A stretch of DNA of 64,000 nucleotides from an uncultured beta proteobacterium (lineage in GTDB: Bacteria > Pseudomonadota > Gammaproteobacteria > Burkholderiales > Casimicrobiaceae). Location of the stretch: positions 74,215-138,214 of the forward strand of contig CAWIIO010000002.1 in assembly GCA_963836265.1 (NCBI GenBank), given 5' to 3'. The position numbers were made by a program, and so were the translations under genes. This document shows positions 36,204 to 44,876 of this stretch, piece by piece; the stretch's first letter is position 1; each line of letters begins with the position of its first letter. Under the pieces are notes generated by a model, which saw only the letters and a program-made list of their open reading frames with translations, was not told the origin of the DNA and ran no database searches.

Positions 36204-39038
36204 TTACTCGCGCCATGCGAGCGGCGTGTCGGTCGCCGCGCCGTAGCCGAAGATCGCCTGCACGGAACCGTCGAGCCGGGTGTTGACGAACCAGGTACCG
36301 TTGCGAACGACGCAGAGATCGGCCCTGCCGTCGCCGTCCCAGTCGAACAGGACCGGCTTGTCGCCGGCAAGGCCGCCGTGTCCGACGACGATGTCGGCGA
36401 TGCCGTCGCGGTTGGTGTCGATGAACCAGAGGCCGTTTCGGTAGATGACGAGATCCGCGATGCCGTCGCCGTCGACGTCGCCGGCGAGCGCGATATCGCC
36501 GCTCGCCCCGCCGAAGTAGTAGACGGCGCTCGCCGCCCCGGTCTGCGTCGTGCTGACGTGCCACGCGCCATTGCGGTAAACGACGAGATCGTCGCGGCCA
36601 TCGCCGTTCAAATCGGCGAGCAGCGGCTGATCGACCCCGACGACGCCGCCGAACGCGAACACGGCGTCCACGGTACCGTCCCGGTTCAGATCCGCATACC
36701 AGAAACCGTCGCGATAGATGACGAGGTCGTAGCGGCGATCGTTGTCGACGCGGCCGGCGAGCGCGACATCCCCTGGCATGCCGCCGAGCGCGCCGAAATC
36801 GACCGTCTGGTCCGCCTGTCCATCGCGGTCGAAATCAAGGTAGAAGGTACGGGTGCCGTTGCGGAACGCGGCCAATACCGGGGGCGGTGGCACGGGCACG
36901 CTCCCCGCGTTCCACGGCTCGGTGCGGGAACCGTATTCGGCCAGATTGTTGGCGCCGTCGCCATCGAGGTCTGCGGTAGCGATCGCGCCCGTGACGCTCC
37001 CCGTGTAGGCGAGCTCCCACCAATCGGGGAGGCCGTCGCCGTCGCTGTCCCGCGGGACCACCTTGTAGATCGTGCCGTTGTTGTGGCCGGCCACGTACAG
37101 CTCGCCACCGTTGGCCTCGCCGAACGCGCTCACGTTCGCCGGCGTCGCAAGGAGCTGCTGTTGGGCGGTCCAGACCCCGTTGTCGGCGCGAGTCGCAGCC
37201 CAGATGACGTTGGTCACCTCGTCTGCATAGAGGTAGGCGCCGGCGAGCGCCGGAATCGCGTTGCCGCGGTACCGGTAGCCGCCGATGATCGCGAAGCCGG
37301 TCGGATGCGGGTAGTCGAAGATGGGCGGCGCGTAATTCGGCGGCGGCGAGCAGCTTGGATTGACACCCGGCGTACAGATGTTGCCCTCCATGATCCGCCA
37401 GCCGTAATTGCGGCCCGCCGTTCCGGGCCATGGATCGAAATCGACTTCTTCGCGCGCACCCTGGCCGACGTCGCCGATGAACAGATCGCCGGTGAGGCGG
37501 TCGAAGCTCCAGCGCCACGGATTGCGCAGGCCGTACGCCCAGATTTCGGGACACTGGCCGATGTTCCCGCCGTCGCAGGTGTTGCCTGCGAACGGATTGG
37601 TCGGGGGGATGCCGTAGTAAGGCGCGGCGTTGACGTTCTGGTCGACATCGAAGCGCAGCAGCTTGCCGAGCCGCCGCGACACCATCTGCGCATTGTTCGG
37701 CGGATCGTCGCCGCTGCCGCCGTCGCCGGTGCCGGCGTAGAGGTAGCCGTCCCGGCCGAACGCGAGCTTGCCGCCGTTGTGGTTGCTTTGCCCCGGGTGC
37801 GGTATGACGAGCAGCGTCTTGACGCTTGCCGGCGCCGTGTCCGCGAGGTTGGTGTTGGCGGCCGAACGCTGGTAGCGCTCGATCGTGAGCGCACCGTCGC
37901 CTGCGCGAGTGTAATAGACGAAGAAGCGCCCGTTCGCGTTGTAATTCGGATGGAATGCGAGGCCGAGCAGACCCTGCTCCCCGCAGCAGACGATCTTCGC
38001 GGAGATGTCGAGGAACGGTGTCGGCAGCACGACACCCTTGCGTATGATCCGGATTCGCCCGTCCTGCTGCACGATGTAGAGACGCCCCGAGGCATCTTCG
38101 GCGTTCACGATGTCGACCGGGAGCGTGAAGCCCGTCGCGAACGTGGCGAGCGCGATCGTGCCGTTGTTGACGATGCCGCCCACGTTGAACGGACTCTTGG
38201 GTGCCCACGCCGGGCCGTCGTTGGCGCCGCCGCGCTTGATCTGCCCGTTGCTCGGGCCGCCGCTCGCGCCCGAAGCGTCGTAGAGCGTTGCGCCGTCGCC
38301 TTCGTCGAAATGGTAGAGGGCGGCGGTATAGAGGTCCGGCACGTATGGCGCGCCGGGCCGGGGGAAGCTCACCGAATACCTGAGCTTGGTCGAAACGCGC
38401 AGCTCATCGATCCAGCCGGAGAACGACGGGAACGCGGGCCCGGCGTCGTGCTTTTCCGCGCCGAGCACCAGGAACACGTCGTTGGGGTCTGCCGGTGCCG
38501 CGCCGTCCGGATACGAGATGTCGCCGCCGGGCCCGACTCCCTGCGCTTCGAGATTGCCATCGACGAACAGCCAGAGATTGCCGTCGCTGCGCCGTCTCTG
38601 CACGGCGACGTGATGCCATTTGCCGTCGAGCACCGCGGAGGTTCCGCACAGCGTCAGACTGCCGGTCGTATCGCCCGAGATCCCGAACACCACCTTCGCG
38701 CCCGCGATCGACACGCCGAATTTGCGGTCGAGGTTCAGCCGGTCGCGATCGATGACGACGTTGCCGTTCCGCCACGAGACGTTCGCGCCGCACGCGACGG
38801 CGGGGGCCGTGTTCTCAGCGGCATTGGCCTTGATCCAAAGTTCGACGGTGAAATCGCCGGCGCCGACGTCCACGGGCGGACCGGGCGACGTCGTCAGCGG
38901 ATCGTCGATTGCGATCTTTACCCGGTCGATGTCGCCGGTGCCGGTGCCGAAGAAGCGTAGCGAATGGCCGGCGGCGAGCGCCGGCTGCGCGCCGGCAAAC
39001 AGGGCGATCGCGAGGAGGGCGGCGACACGTTGCGCCAC
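36204..39038 (-). CDS. large secreted multidomain protein: LamG/ConA-like lectin domain, glucose/sorbosone-dehydrogenase-type beta-propeller, and FG-GAP/VCBS repeats
   Basis: Signal peptide VAQRVAALLAIALFAGAQPALA, if GTG at 39038 is the start; the ORF is open to 39263. LamG-like region: FTVELWIKA...DGKWHHVAVQRR...LWLFVDG. SGDH-like propeller: RLYIVQQDGRIRII..., GEQGLLGLAFHPNY, HNGGKLAFGRDGYLYAGTGDGG. These are followed by DSDGDGLPDWWE / DLDGDGANN calcium-binding-like motifs and six or more repeats of the DxDGDG..D.vvyrnG.W type. Confidence 0.85.
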   Translation of the reverse strand: MAQRVAALLAIALFAGAQPALAAGHSLRFFGTGTGDIDRVKIAIDDPLTTSPGPPVDVGAGDFTVELWIKANAAENTAPAVACGANVSWRNGNVVIDRDRLNLDRKFGVSIAGAKVVFGISGDTTGSLTLCGTSAVLDGKWHHVAVQRRRSDGNLWLFVDGNLEAQGVGPGGDISYPDGAAPADPNDVFLVLGAEKHDAGPAFPSFSGWIDELRVSTKLRYSVSFPRPGAPYVPDLYTAALYHFDEGDGATLYDASGASGGPSNGQIKRGGANDGPAWAPKSPFNVGGIVNNGTIALATFATGFTLPVDIVNAEDASGRLYIVQQDGRIRIIRKGVVLPTPFLDISAKIVCCGEQGLLGLAFHPNYNANGRFFVYYTRAGDGALTIERYQRSAANTNLADTAPASVKTLLVIPHPGQSNHNGGKLAFGRDGYLYAGTGDGGSGDDPPNNAQMVSRRLGKLLRFDVDQNVNAAPYYGIPPTNPFAGNTCDGGNIGQCPEIWAYGLRNPWRWSFDRLTGDLFIGDVGQGAREEVDFDPWPGTAGRNYGWRIMEGNICTPGVNPSCSPPPNYAPPIFDYPHPTGFAIIGGYRYRGNAIPALAGAYLYADEVTNVIWAATRADNGVWTAQQQLLATPANVSAFGEANGGELYVAGHNNGTIYKVVPRDSDGDGLPDWWELAYTGSVTGAIATADLDGDGANNLAEYGSRTEPWNAGSVPVPPPPVLAAFRNGTRTFYLDFDRDGQADQTVDFGALGGMPGDVALAGRVDNDRRYDLVIYRDGFWYADLNRDGTVDAVFAFGGVVGVDQPLLADLNGDGRDDLVVYRNGAWHVSTTQTGAASAVYYFGGASGDIALAGDVDGDGIADLVIYRNGLWFIDTNRDGIADIVVGHGGLAGDKPVLFDWDGDGRADLCVVRNGTWFVNTRLDGSVQAIFGYGAATDTPLAWRE

Positions 39039-39638
39039 GGAGATCGCACGAGAGGCGCCGAGCCGCCCCAGGCTGCGAAATGCACGGGCTTCGGGATGCC
39101 GTGTCCGATCCGTTGCTTCGATGCATCGGCCGCCGGCCGCGCTCACCGACGCGCCCTCCGGGGCCTGGCTTCGCCCTCGACGCGCAAGCGTCTTTCGGGG
39201 AGTTGCGCAGCGGCGGCAGCCACAAGCATGGGGACAGCTCAATTGGAGAACGAAGCGCGCCACGAGGTCCTCGCATCAGCGGTGAGTGGCGCGGCAGTCA
39301 TGCGCCTGTTGCCTCCTCCAGCCCCTTGAGCGCCCCGCGGCCGCGCCCTTCGCCGTCCCGGGGCGCCTTATGACAGCATCATAAGGGTCCGGACGGTGCG
39401 AAGGCAAGCGCGACCGGTGCGCCACTTTCCTTCTCGCCCCGGCTCGACCTCCTTCAGGGACTTTGCCTGCAGCTCTCGGTCAGCGTCGCCCCCGGGCTCG
39501 GAGTCTGGCCGGTGCGCTTCGCCCCCCGATCTTAGTTCCGTCGCTCGGAACCGTCCGTCGTCTGGTTGCCGTCTCGTTTTCCACCCGAGCGCGTCACAAG
39601 AGGAGACGCCTTGGTGCGACCGAGCGAAGGCAGAGGCG

Positions 39639-40187
39639 TCAGTGCGCGATGCGCTCGTACGTGACGAACGCGTAATCGATCCCGTCGGGGTTGCCGCTGA
39701 CATGGCGATCGCGCGACGTCTCGCGCCAGCGGCGGCGATCGAATGCGGGAAACGTCGTGTCGCCGGGGAATGCGCGTGCAATTTCGGTCAGGTACAACGT
39801 TGTCGCGATCGGAAGAGCGTCCCGGTAGAGCGCGCCGCCACCGATGCAAAACGCCGGCGCCGGCATCTGCACCAACGCCAGCGCGGCCCCGAGCGATCCG
39901 GCCGTCTCCGCACCGATTGCTGCGAAAGCGCGCTGTCTCGTGACGACGATGTTTTGCCGGCCGGGCAGCAGACGGCCGATGGACTCCCAGGTCCGTCGCC
40001 CCATGATCACGGCGTGGCCCGTCGTCAGCGAGCGAAACCGCTTCAGATCGTCGGCGAGGTGCCACGGCAGCCGATTGCCGTTGCCGATCACCGCGTTTGC
40101 TGCGACGGCGGCGATGATGGCGAGCGGCGGCCGGTCTCCCTCCGTTGCCGCCGCGATGTCGCGTGGGGTATCGTGACCCGTTTGCAT
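39639..40187 (-). CDS. folA: dihydrofolate reductase
   Basis: IIAAVAANAVIGNGNRLPWHLADDLKRFRSLTTGHAVIMGRRTWESIG...VVTR...IGGGALY are the classic DHFR motifs. Confidence 0.93.
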   Translation of the reverse strand: MQTGHDTPRDIAAATEGDRPPLAIIAAVAANAVIGNGNRLPWHLADDLKRFRSLTTGHAVIMGRRTWESIGRLLPGRQNIVVTRQRAFAAIGAETAGSLGAALALVQMPAPAFCIGGGALYRDALPIATTLYLTEIARAFPGDTTFPAFDRRRWRETSRDRHVSGNPDGIDYAFVTYERIAH

Positions 40188-40249
40188 TCCTGTCCGCGCC
40201 GCACGTGCAGCGGTGTCATAATTGCCGCAAATTATAGCGGCCGGGCTCC

Positions 40250-41743
40250 GTGTATTACCCTCGCTCGTTTCTCAAATTCATACTGCTCGGCTTTCTGCTG
40301 GTCAGCCTGCCGCTCGTCTACGCCCTCGCCGAGCTGATCCTCTCGCTCGATCGCCTGCAGTTGCAGGGGCAGGAGGCCGTGCAGCAGGCGGCGCAGGCCG
40401 GACGCGCGAGTCGACAACTCTTCGAGCAGGCGGTCACGCTGGAGCGCGTCGTGCGTCAGTTCCTGATACTCGAGGACAGCGCGCTCATCGACGACTACGT
40501 GCGCGTGCGCCAGGAGTTCCGCGGCACGGTGCGCCAGCTCGCACTTCTGCCGCTGTCTCGCGGCCAGCTCGCCACCCTCGACAACCTCGCCGACAGCGAA
40601 AGCCGTCTGCACAAGCTGCTCGTGTCGCCGCAACGTCCGGCGGAGACTCAGAAGGAGCTCGCAGACGGCTACGCGAAGCTCGCGGACAGCGCGCAGTCGC
40701 TCCTCGGGGCGACCAACGACCTTACCGAGCGCGCGATCGAGCGGCTGCAGGAGATCGCGTCGCAGGGCCGGCAGAAATGGCTCTATCTCACGCTCGCCAC
40801 GGTCGGCATCGCGCTCGCGCTGGCCATTCTGTTCGCCGTGCTGATCGCGCGTCCGATCCGCCAGCTCGACCAGGCGATCCGCCAGATGGGCACCGCCGAC
40901 TTCACTCATGCAATCGAGGTCAACGGTCCGCAGGACATGCGCTATCTCGGCCAGCGGCTGGAATGGCTTCGCTCGCGCCTCTCCGAGCTCGAGGCGCAGC
41001 AGAACCGGTTCCTGCGCCATGTCTCGCACGAGCTCAAGACGCCGCTGACGGCGGTCCGCGAGGGTGCCGAGCTCCTGCGCGACAACGTCGGCGGCAGGCT
41101 CGCGCCCGAGCAGCGCGAGATCGTCCGTATCGTGCGCGAGAACACGCTCCAGTTGCAGAAACTGATCGAGGACCTGCTCACCTACCATCAGACACGCGCG
41201 ATGGAGCCCGCAACGCTGGGGCCGGTGCTGCTGCCCGACGTGATCCGGCGTGTCGTGAAGGAGCACAAGCTCGCGGCGCTCGCGCGCATGATCACGTTTG
41301 AAGCGGAGTTCGTGCCCGCGGTTGTCGTCGGTGACGCCGACAAGATCCGGACGATCGTCGACAATCTCGTGTCGAACGCGATCAAGTATTCGCCGCGATC
41401 GGGCGCCATCGCGATGAGCCTCGCGCAGGACCAGGGTTTCGCCGTGCTCGACGTGAGCGACGAGGGAAGTGGCGTCGATCGCGAGGAGCGGCAACTCATC
41501 TTCGAATCGTTCTACCAAGGCAGGCCTCCCGCGGGCGGACGGGTCAAGGGCTCGGGGCTCGGGCTTGCGATCGCCCGCGAATACGCGCTCGCGCACGGGG
41601 GGCGCATCGAGGTGCTGGACCGTCCCGACGGCAGGCGCGGCGCGCGCTTCCGCTTGTGGTTGCCGCTCGCGATCGGCGGCGGAGGCCCGGTCGCGCGCGC
41701 CGCTTCGACGATCGCGCCGATCACGATCACGGGGGCCGAGTGA
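40250..41743 (+). CDS. sensor histidine kinase, GlrK/QseE-like (two TM segments, HAMP, HisKA, HATPase_c)
   Basis: The H-box region FLRHVSHELKTPLTAVREGAELLRDNVGGRLAPEQREIVRIVRENTLQLQKLIEDLL closely resembles, from my recollection, the E. coli GlrK(QseE) phosphoacceptor region. The N, G1 and G2 boxes are present (SNAIKYSP, DEGSGV, GSGLGLAIA). Confidence 0.88.
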   Translation: MYYPRSFLKFILLGFLLVSLPLVYALAELILSLDRLQLQGQEAVQQAAQAGRASRQLFEQAVTLERVVRQFLILEDSALIDDYVRVRQEFRGTVRQLALLPLSRGQLATLDNLADSESRLHKLLVSPQRPAETQKELADGYAKLADSAQSLLGATNDLTERAIERLQEIASQGRQKWLYLTLATVGIALALAILFAVLIARPIRQLDQAIRQMGTADFTHAIEVNGPQDMRYLGQRLEWLRSRLSELEAQQNRFLRHVSHELKTPLTAVREGAELLRDNVGGRLAPEQREIVRIVRENTLQLQKLIEDLLTYHQTRAMEPATLGPVLLPDVIRRVVKEHKLAALARMITFEAEFVPAVVVGDADKIRTIVDNLVSNAIKYSPRSGAIAMSLAQDQGFAVLDVSDEGSGVDREERQLIFESFYQGRPPAGGRVKGSGLGLAIAREYALAHGGRIEVLDRPDGRRGARFRLWLPLAIGGGGPVARAASTIAPITITGAE

Positions 41744-42005
41744 GTAACCGGCTTTGGAGTCAAACGCGGTGAAGCGTGTTTCGCCGGCGCGTCGGGGTTC
41801 GGACCGGGGCGTTAAGCATGATCGGCGACCTGCGCGGGCCGTCGACCGAGGCACCTGCGGGCCGCCTGCCGGCCGCGAGCAAGCGCCGGTAACGGGCCTC
41901 GAAGGTCGGGGTGGGCACGGTGGCGGTCGCCGTGGCCATGTGGACCACGCGGCGCACCCGGGAGCGGCCGCCGGTCGCGCGCCTGCGACCACGGGAAGTG
42001 CCCGG

Positions 42006-42752
42006 GTGAGCGCGCGCCCCTGGTTCGCCCTCGCCGTCCTCGCTGCTTTCCTGGCCGGTTGCGCGACGCCGCCGGCGCAGCCCGAAGAAGACGAGGAGCC
42101 GGTGTCGATCAGCCCGCCTGTCCCCATGGTCGAGTATCCGCCGATCGAGCCGGTCGAGCCGATCGAGCCCCCCGCGCAGCCGCCCGAGCCCCCGCGACCA
42201 GTGCCGCAACCGATGCCGCCGCCGCAGGAGCAACTGATCCCGGCTCCGGCGCCCACACCATCGGCCGCCCCGCTCCCGTCTGACACCGTCGAGGTTCTGG
42301 ACCTGCTCGCCGATCTGCAGCGCTATGGCACGCTCTCCAACGACGACGCGCGGCGCGAACTTGCCGCCGCCACCCAGGGCCTGACGCGGCAGCGAACCGA
42401 CGCCAACCGCGTGCGCCTCGCCGTCCTGTACACCTACGTGAAAGCTTCGCCGCAGGACGATCTGCGCGCAATACAGTTGCTGGAAAACGTCGCCAAGAGC
42501 AACCCGGGGTCGCCAGCCGTCAAACAGGTGGCCGCGGTGCTGCAGGCGCAGATCGCCGAGCGGCAGCGCGCGGTGCACGACGAGCAGCAGAAGGCGGACG
42601 CGGCCATCCAGAAGCTCGAGGCGCTCCGCAACATGGAGCGCAGCCTGCTTCGCGATCGGGTCCGCGGCGGTGGAGGCGGCGGCGGTGGGAGCGGAGGCGC
42701 TAGCGGGGGCGGCAGCGGCGGCGGCGGTGGCGGTGGCGGTGGCGGCCGTTGA
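42006..42752 (+). CDS. lipoprotein with Pro-rich spacer, helical domain and poly-Gly tail, in the position of QseG/YfhG
   Basis: GTG at 42006 gives VSARPWFALAVLAAFLAGC, a signal peptide with lipobox LAGC. It is followed by a PxEP/PPxP-rich segment, then a helical or coiled region ending in QKADAAIQKLEALRNMERSLL, then RGGGGGGGSGGASGGGSGGGGGGGGGGR and the stop. The part of the track ORF upstream of 42006 has poor third-position GC. Confidence 0.7.
   Translation: MSARPWFALAVLAAFLAGCATPPAQPEEDEEPVSISPPVPMVEYPPIEPVEPIEPPAQPPEPPRPVPQPMPPPQEQLIPAPAPTPSAAPLPSDTVEVLDLLADLQRYGTLSNDDARRELAAATQGLTRQRTDANRVRLAVLYTYVKASPQDDLRAIQLLENVAKSNPGSPAVKQVAAVLQAQIAERQRAVHDEQQKADAAIQKLEALRNMERSLLRDRVRGGGGGGGGSGGASGGGSGGGGGGGGGGR
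42666..42746 (+). repeat. GGY/GGC-rich low-complexity tract encoding a 27-residue Gly/Ser tail
   Basis: ggcggtggaggcggcggcggtgggagcggaggcgctagcgggggcggcagcggcggcggcggtggcggtggcggtggcggc, immediately before the lipoprotein stop codon. Confidence 0.8.
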
Positions 42753-42774
42753 CACCTCGCAAGGAGGTACGAAC

Positions 42775-44133
42775 ATGCAGACCGGCGACATCCTTCTGGT
42801 CGACGATGACCCGGACCTCCTCAAGCTCATCAGCCTCCGCCTGACGTCTGCCGGTTACCGCGTGCGCACGGCGGACAGCGGGGAGACGGCGCTCGCGGCG
42901 CTCGCCGTCGCCCGCCCTGGCGCCGTCATCACGGACTTGCGGATGCCCGGCATCGACGGGTTGCAACTGTTCGAGGCGATTCACCGCCAACATCCGGCGC
43001 TGCCCGTGGTCATCCTGACCGCTCACGGCACGATTCCCGATGCCGTTTCCGCGACCCAGCGCGGCGTGTTCGGCTTCCTGACCAAGCCGTTCGACAGTCA
43101 GGAATTGCTGCAGATGGTGGCGTCGGCGCTGCGGCTCGCGGGTGACGCGCCCACCGACGCCCAGGAGACGTCCGGCGAATGGCGCGCCGGCATCATCACC
43201 CGGAGCCCGAAAATGGAGGACCTGTTGCGGCAGGCGAGGCTCGTCGCCGATTCCGATGCGAGCGTGCTGATCTACGGCGAATCGGGAACCGGCAAGGAGC
43301 TCCTCGCGCGGGCGATCCATCGCGCAAGCCCGCGCGGCGACAAGCCGTTCGTGGGCGTCAACTGCGGCGCCATACCCGAACCGCTGCTCGAATCCGAACT
43401 TTTCGGCCACGCCAGAGGCGCCTTCACTGGTGCCGTCCAGGCCCACAAGGGGCTGTTCCAGGCCGCCGACGGGGGAACGATCTTTCTGGACGAGATCGGC
43501 GACATGCCGCTAGCGCTGCAGGTCAAGTTGCTGCGCGTGCTGCAGGAGGGAGAGGTCCGCCCGGTCGGGGCCACGCAGGCGATCCCGGTCGACGTTCGCG
43601 TGATCTCGGCGACTCACCGTGACCTCGATGCGCAGAAGGCCTCCGGGCATTTCCGCGAGGATCTCTACTACCGCCTCAACGTCGTCTCGTTGAAGCTGCC
43701 GGGCCTTGCCGATCGGCGCGAAGACATTCCTCTCCTTGCGACCCACTTCCTGCGCAAGCTGGCCGAGCGCTACAAGCGACCGGTTCCCACGCTTGCACCC
43801 GACGCGATGGCGTTGCTGGTCGCGGCGCCGTGGCCGGGAAATGTCCGTCAGCTGCTGAACCTCCTCGAGCAGGCGGTTGCGCTGGCGACGACCAGCGTGA
43901 TTCCGGCGTCGCTCGTCCAAAGTTCGCTCCAGGAAGACGCGAGCGCGCTGGTCCCGTTCGAGGAAGCGCGCAAGCAGTTCGAGCGGGACTATCTCGTGCG
44001 CCTCTTGAAAATCACCGGCGGCAACGTGACCCAGGCGGCGCTGCTCGCAAAGCGCAATCGCACCGAGTTCTACAAGCTCCTCCAGCGTCATCGGCTCGAG
44101 CCCGCGATGTTCAAGGAAGGCAAGACTTCCTAG
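42775..44133 (+). CDS. sigma-54-dependent response regulator, GlrR/QseF-like (REC, AAA+ and Fis-type HTH domains)
   Basis: ATG at 42775 follows AAGGAGG. REC: [23 protein letters not shown]...[14 protein letters not shown]+: [15 protein letters not shown], the GAFTGA sigma-54 contact motif, and [24 protein letters not shown]-terminal HTH: [25 protein letters not shown]. Confidence 0.95.
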   Translation: MQTGDILLVDDDPDLLKLISLRLTSAGYRVRTADSGETALAALAVARPGAVITDLRMPGIDGLQLFEAIHRQHPALPVVILTAHGTIPDAVSATQRGVFGFLTKPFDSQELLQMVASALRLAGDAPTDAQETSGEWRAGIITRSPKMEDLLRQARLVADSDASVLIYGESGTGKELLARAIHRASPRGDKPFVGVNCGAIPEPLLESELFGHARGAFTGAVQAHKGLFQAADGGTIFLDEIGDMPLALQVKLLRVLQEGEVRPVGATQAIPVDVRVISATHRDLDAQKASGHFREDLYYRLNVVSLKLPGLADRREDIPLLATHFLRKLAERYKRPVPTLAPDAMALLVAAPWPGNVRQLLNLLEQAVALATTSVIPASLVQSSLQEDASALVPFEEARKQFERDYLVRLLKITGGNVTQAALLAKRNRTEFYKLLQRHRLEPAMFKEGKTS

Positions 44134-44324
44134 TTTTTGGGCTCGTCGTTCCGGAGCGGGCGGCCAACTCCGGCGATCCGGGGCGCGCGGCGTCTCGGCA
44201 GCGGACGGCGGGGACGTTTCCGGCCGGATCGCGGGTTTCCGCTCGGAGTTCGAGCCTGGCCCGCCAGTTCGCGTCATCCCAATGTCATTTACTCTGCCCC
44301 GGATCGCACGTTTGCCACAACGAT

Positions 44325-44342
44325 TGTCGTCAAAAAGAGACA
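44325..44342. promoter_or_regulatory. TGTC-N10-GACA inverted repeat (putative GlrR-type activator site 1)
   Basis: TGTCgtcaaaaagaGACA matches exactly the half-sites and spacing of the TGTCN10GACA motif bound by E. coli GlrR. Confidence 0.55.
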
Positions 44343-44389
44343 CAGATTATCGATATTATTCAATCGATTAATATTTAATTCATACAACC

Positions 44390-44407
44390 TGTCGGCGCCA
44401 CGCGACA
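44390..44407. promoter_or_regulatory. TGTC-N10-GACA inverted repeat (putative GlrR-type activator site 2)
   Basis: TGTCggcgccacgcGACA, centred about 148 nt upstream of the predicted sigma-54 start site. Confidence 0.55.
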
Positions 44408-44518
44408 AAAACGGGAGATCGCCAGTCCATCGCTCGGGCGCGAACTCGGGACGCGGGGGAGCGTAGTTCGGAGGAGAAAGATGGTCCGCATCGAACCCGC
44501 GGCCCGTCTGCAGACGAC

Positions 44519-44535
44519 CTGGCATGTCCTTTGCT
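44519..44535 (+). promoter_or_regulatory. sigma-54 (RpoN) -24/-12 promoter
   Basis: cTGGCATGtcctTTGCT compared with the consensus YTGGCACG-N4-TTGCW. The GG (44521-22) and GC (44533-34) are correctly spaced, with one mismatch (T for C). Predicted +1 is near 44546. Confidence 0.65.
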
Positions 44536-44545
44536 TCGGGCAAGA

Positions 44546-44856
44546 TGAACGGCTATGCGAATCCACCCGAGGCCATGGACGCCTTCTCGCCCGAACTTGC
44601 GCAACATTGGCTCGCGACGCACTCGTCGAAGGATGACGACGTCGTCGTAGCCCGGCGCCCGGAGGAGCCGGTGACGCAATCGCAGCAGGCTGCGCTCGAG
44701 GCGCTCGCCGATCGAATCAGCGCCGCGCGGAGCGTTTACTGACCGAGGGGCGCTCAACCCAAGACAGGTGATACCGAGCCCCCGACCCGGGGCGATTCAC
44801 CCCCGCAGCAACGAATCCCCCTTGCCCGCTATCTTCCTCCCGGCGGGCTTTTTTTT
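44546..44856 (+). other. predicted sigma-54-dependent transcription unit: small RNA or small-protein mRNA (65-codon ORF 44545-44742)
   Basis: The unit is bounded by the sigma-54 promoter and the T8 terminator. It contains an ORF (MNGYANPPEAMDAFSPELAQHWLATHSSKDDDVVVARRPEEPVTQSQQAALEALADRISAARSVY) whose ATG coincides with the predicted +1. Third-codon positions are mostly G/C. The internal ATG at 44575 has only a poorly spaced GAGG. Confidence 0.4.
44824..44856 (+). terminator. rho-independent terminator
   Basis: GCCCGC ... GCGGGC stem followed by TTTTTTTT (44849-44856). The T-run is on the plus strand only, so it terminates the plus-strand unit rather than thyA. Confidence 0.6.
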
Positions 44857-44876
44857 GCCTCCGTCCGGCGCGCCGC

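Noticed and set aside
39039-39263. 75-codon N-terminal extension of the large secreted protein ORF
   Set aside because: The extension (MARFVLQLSCPHACGCRRCATPRK...) is Arg/Cys-rich and precedes a canonical signal peptide that begins at GTG 39038. This remains uncertain because no clear Shine-Dalgarno sequence precedes 39038.
40232-42286. 684-codon minus-strand ORF opposite the histidine kinase
   Set aside because: It is antisense to a kinase with intact H, N, G1 and G2 boxes. The product is Gly/Arg-rich low-complexity sequence.
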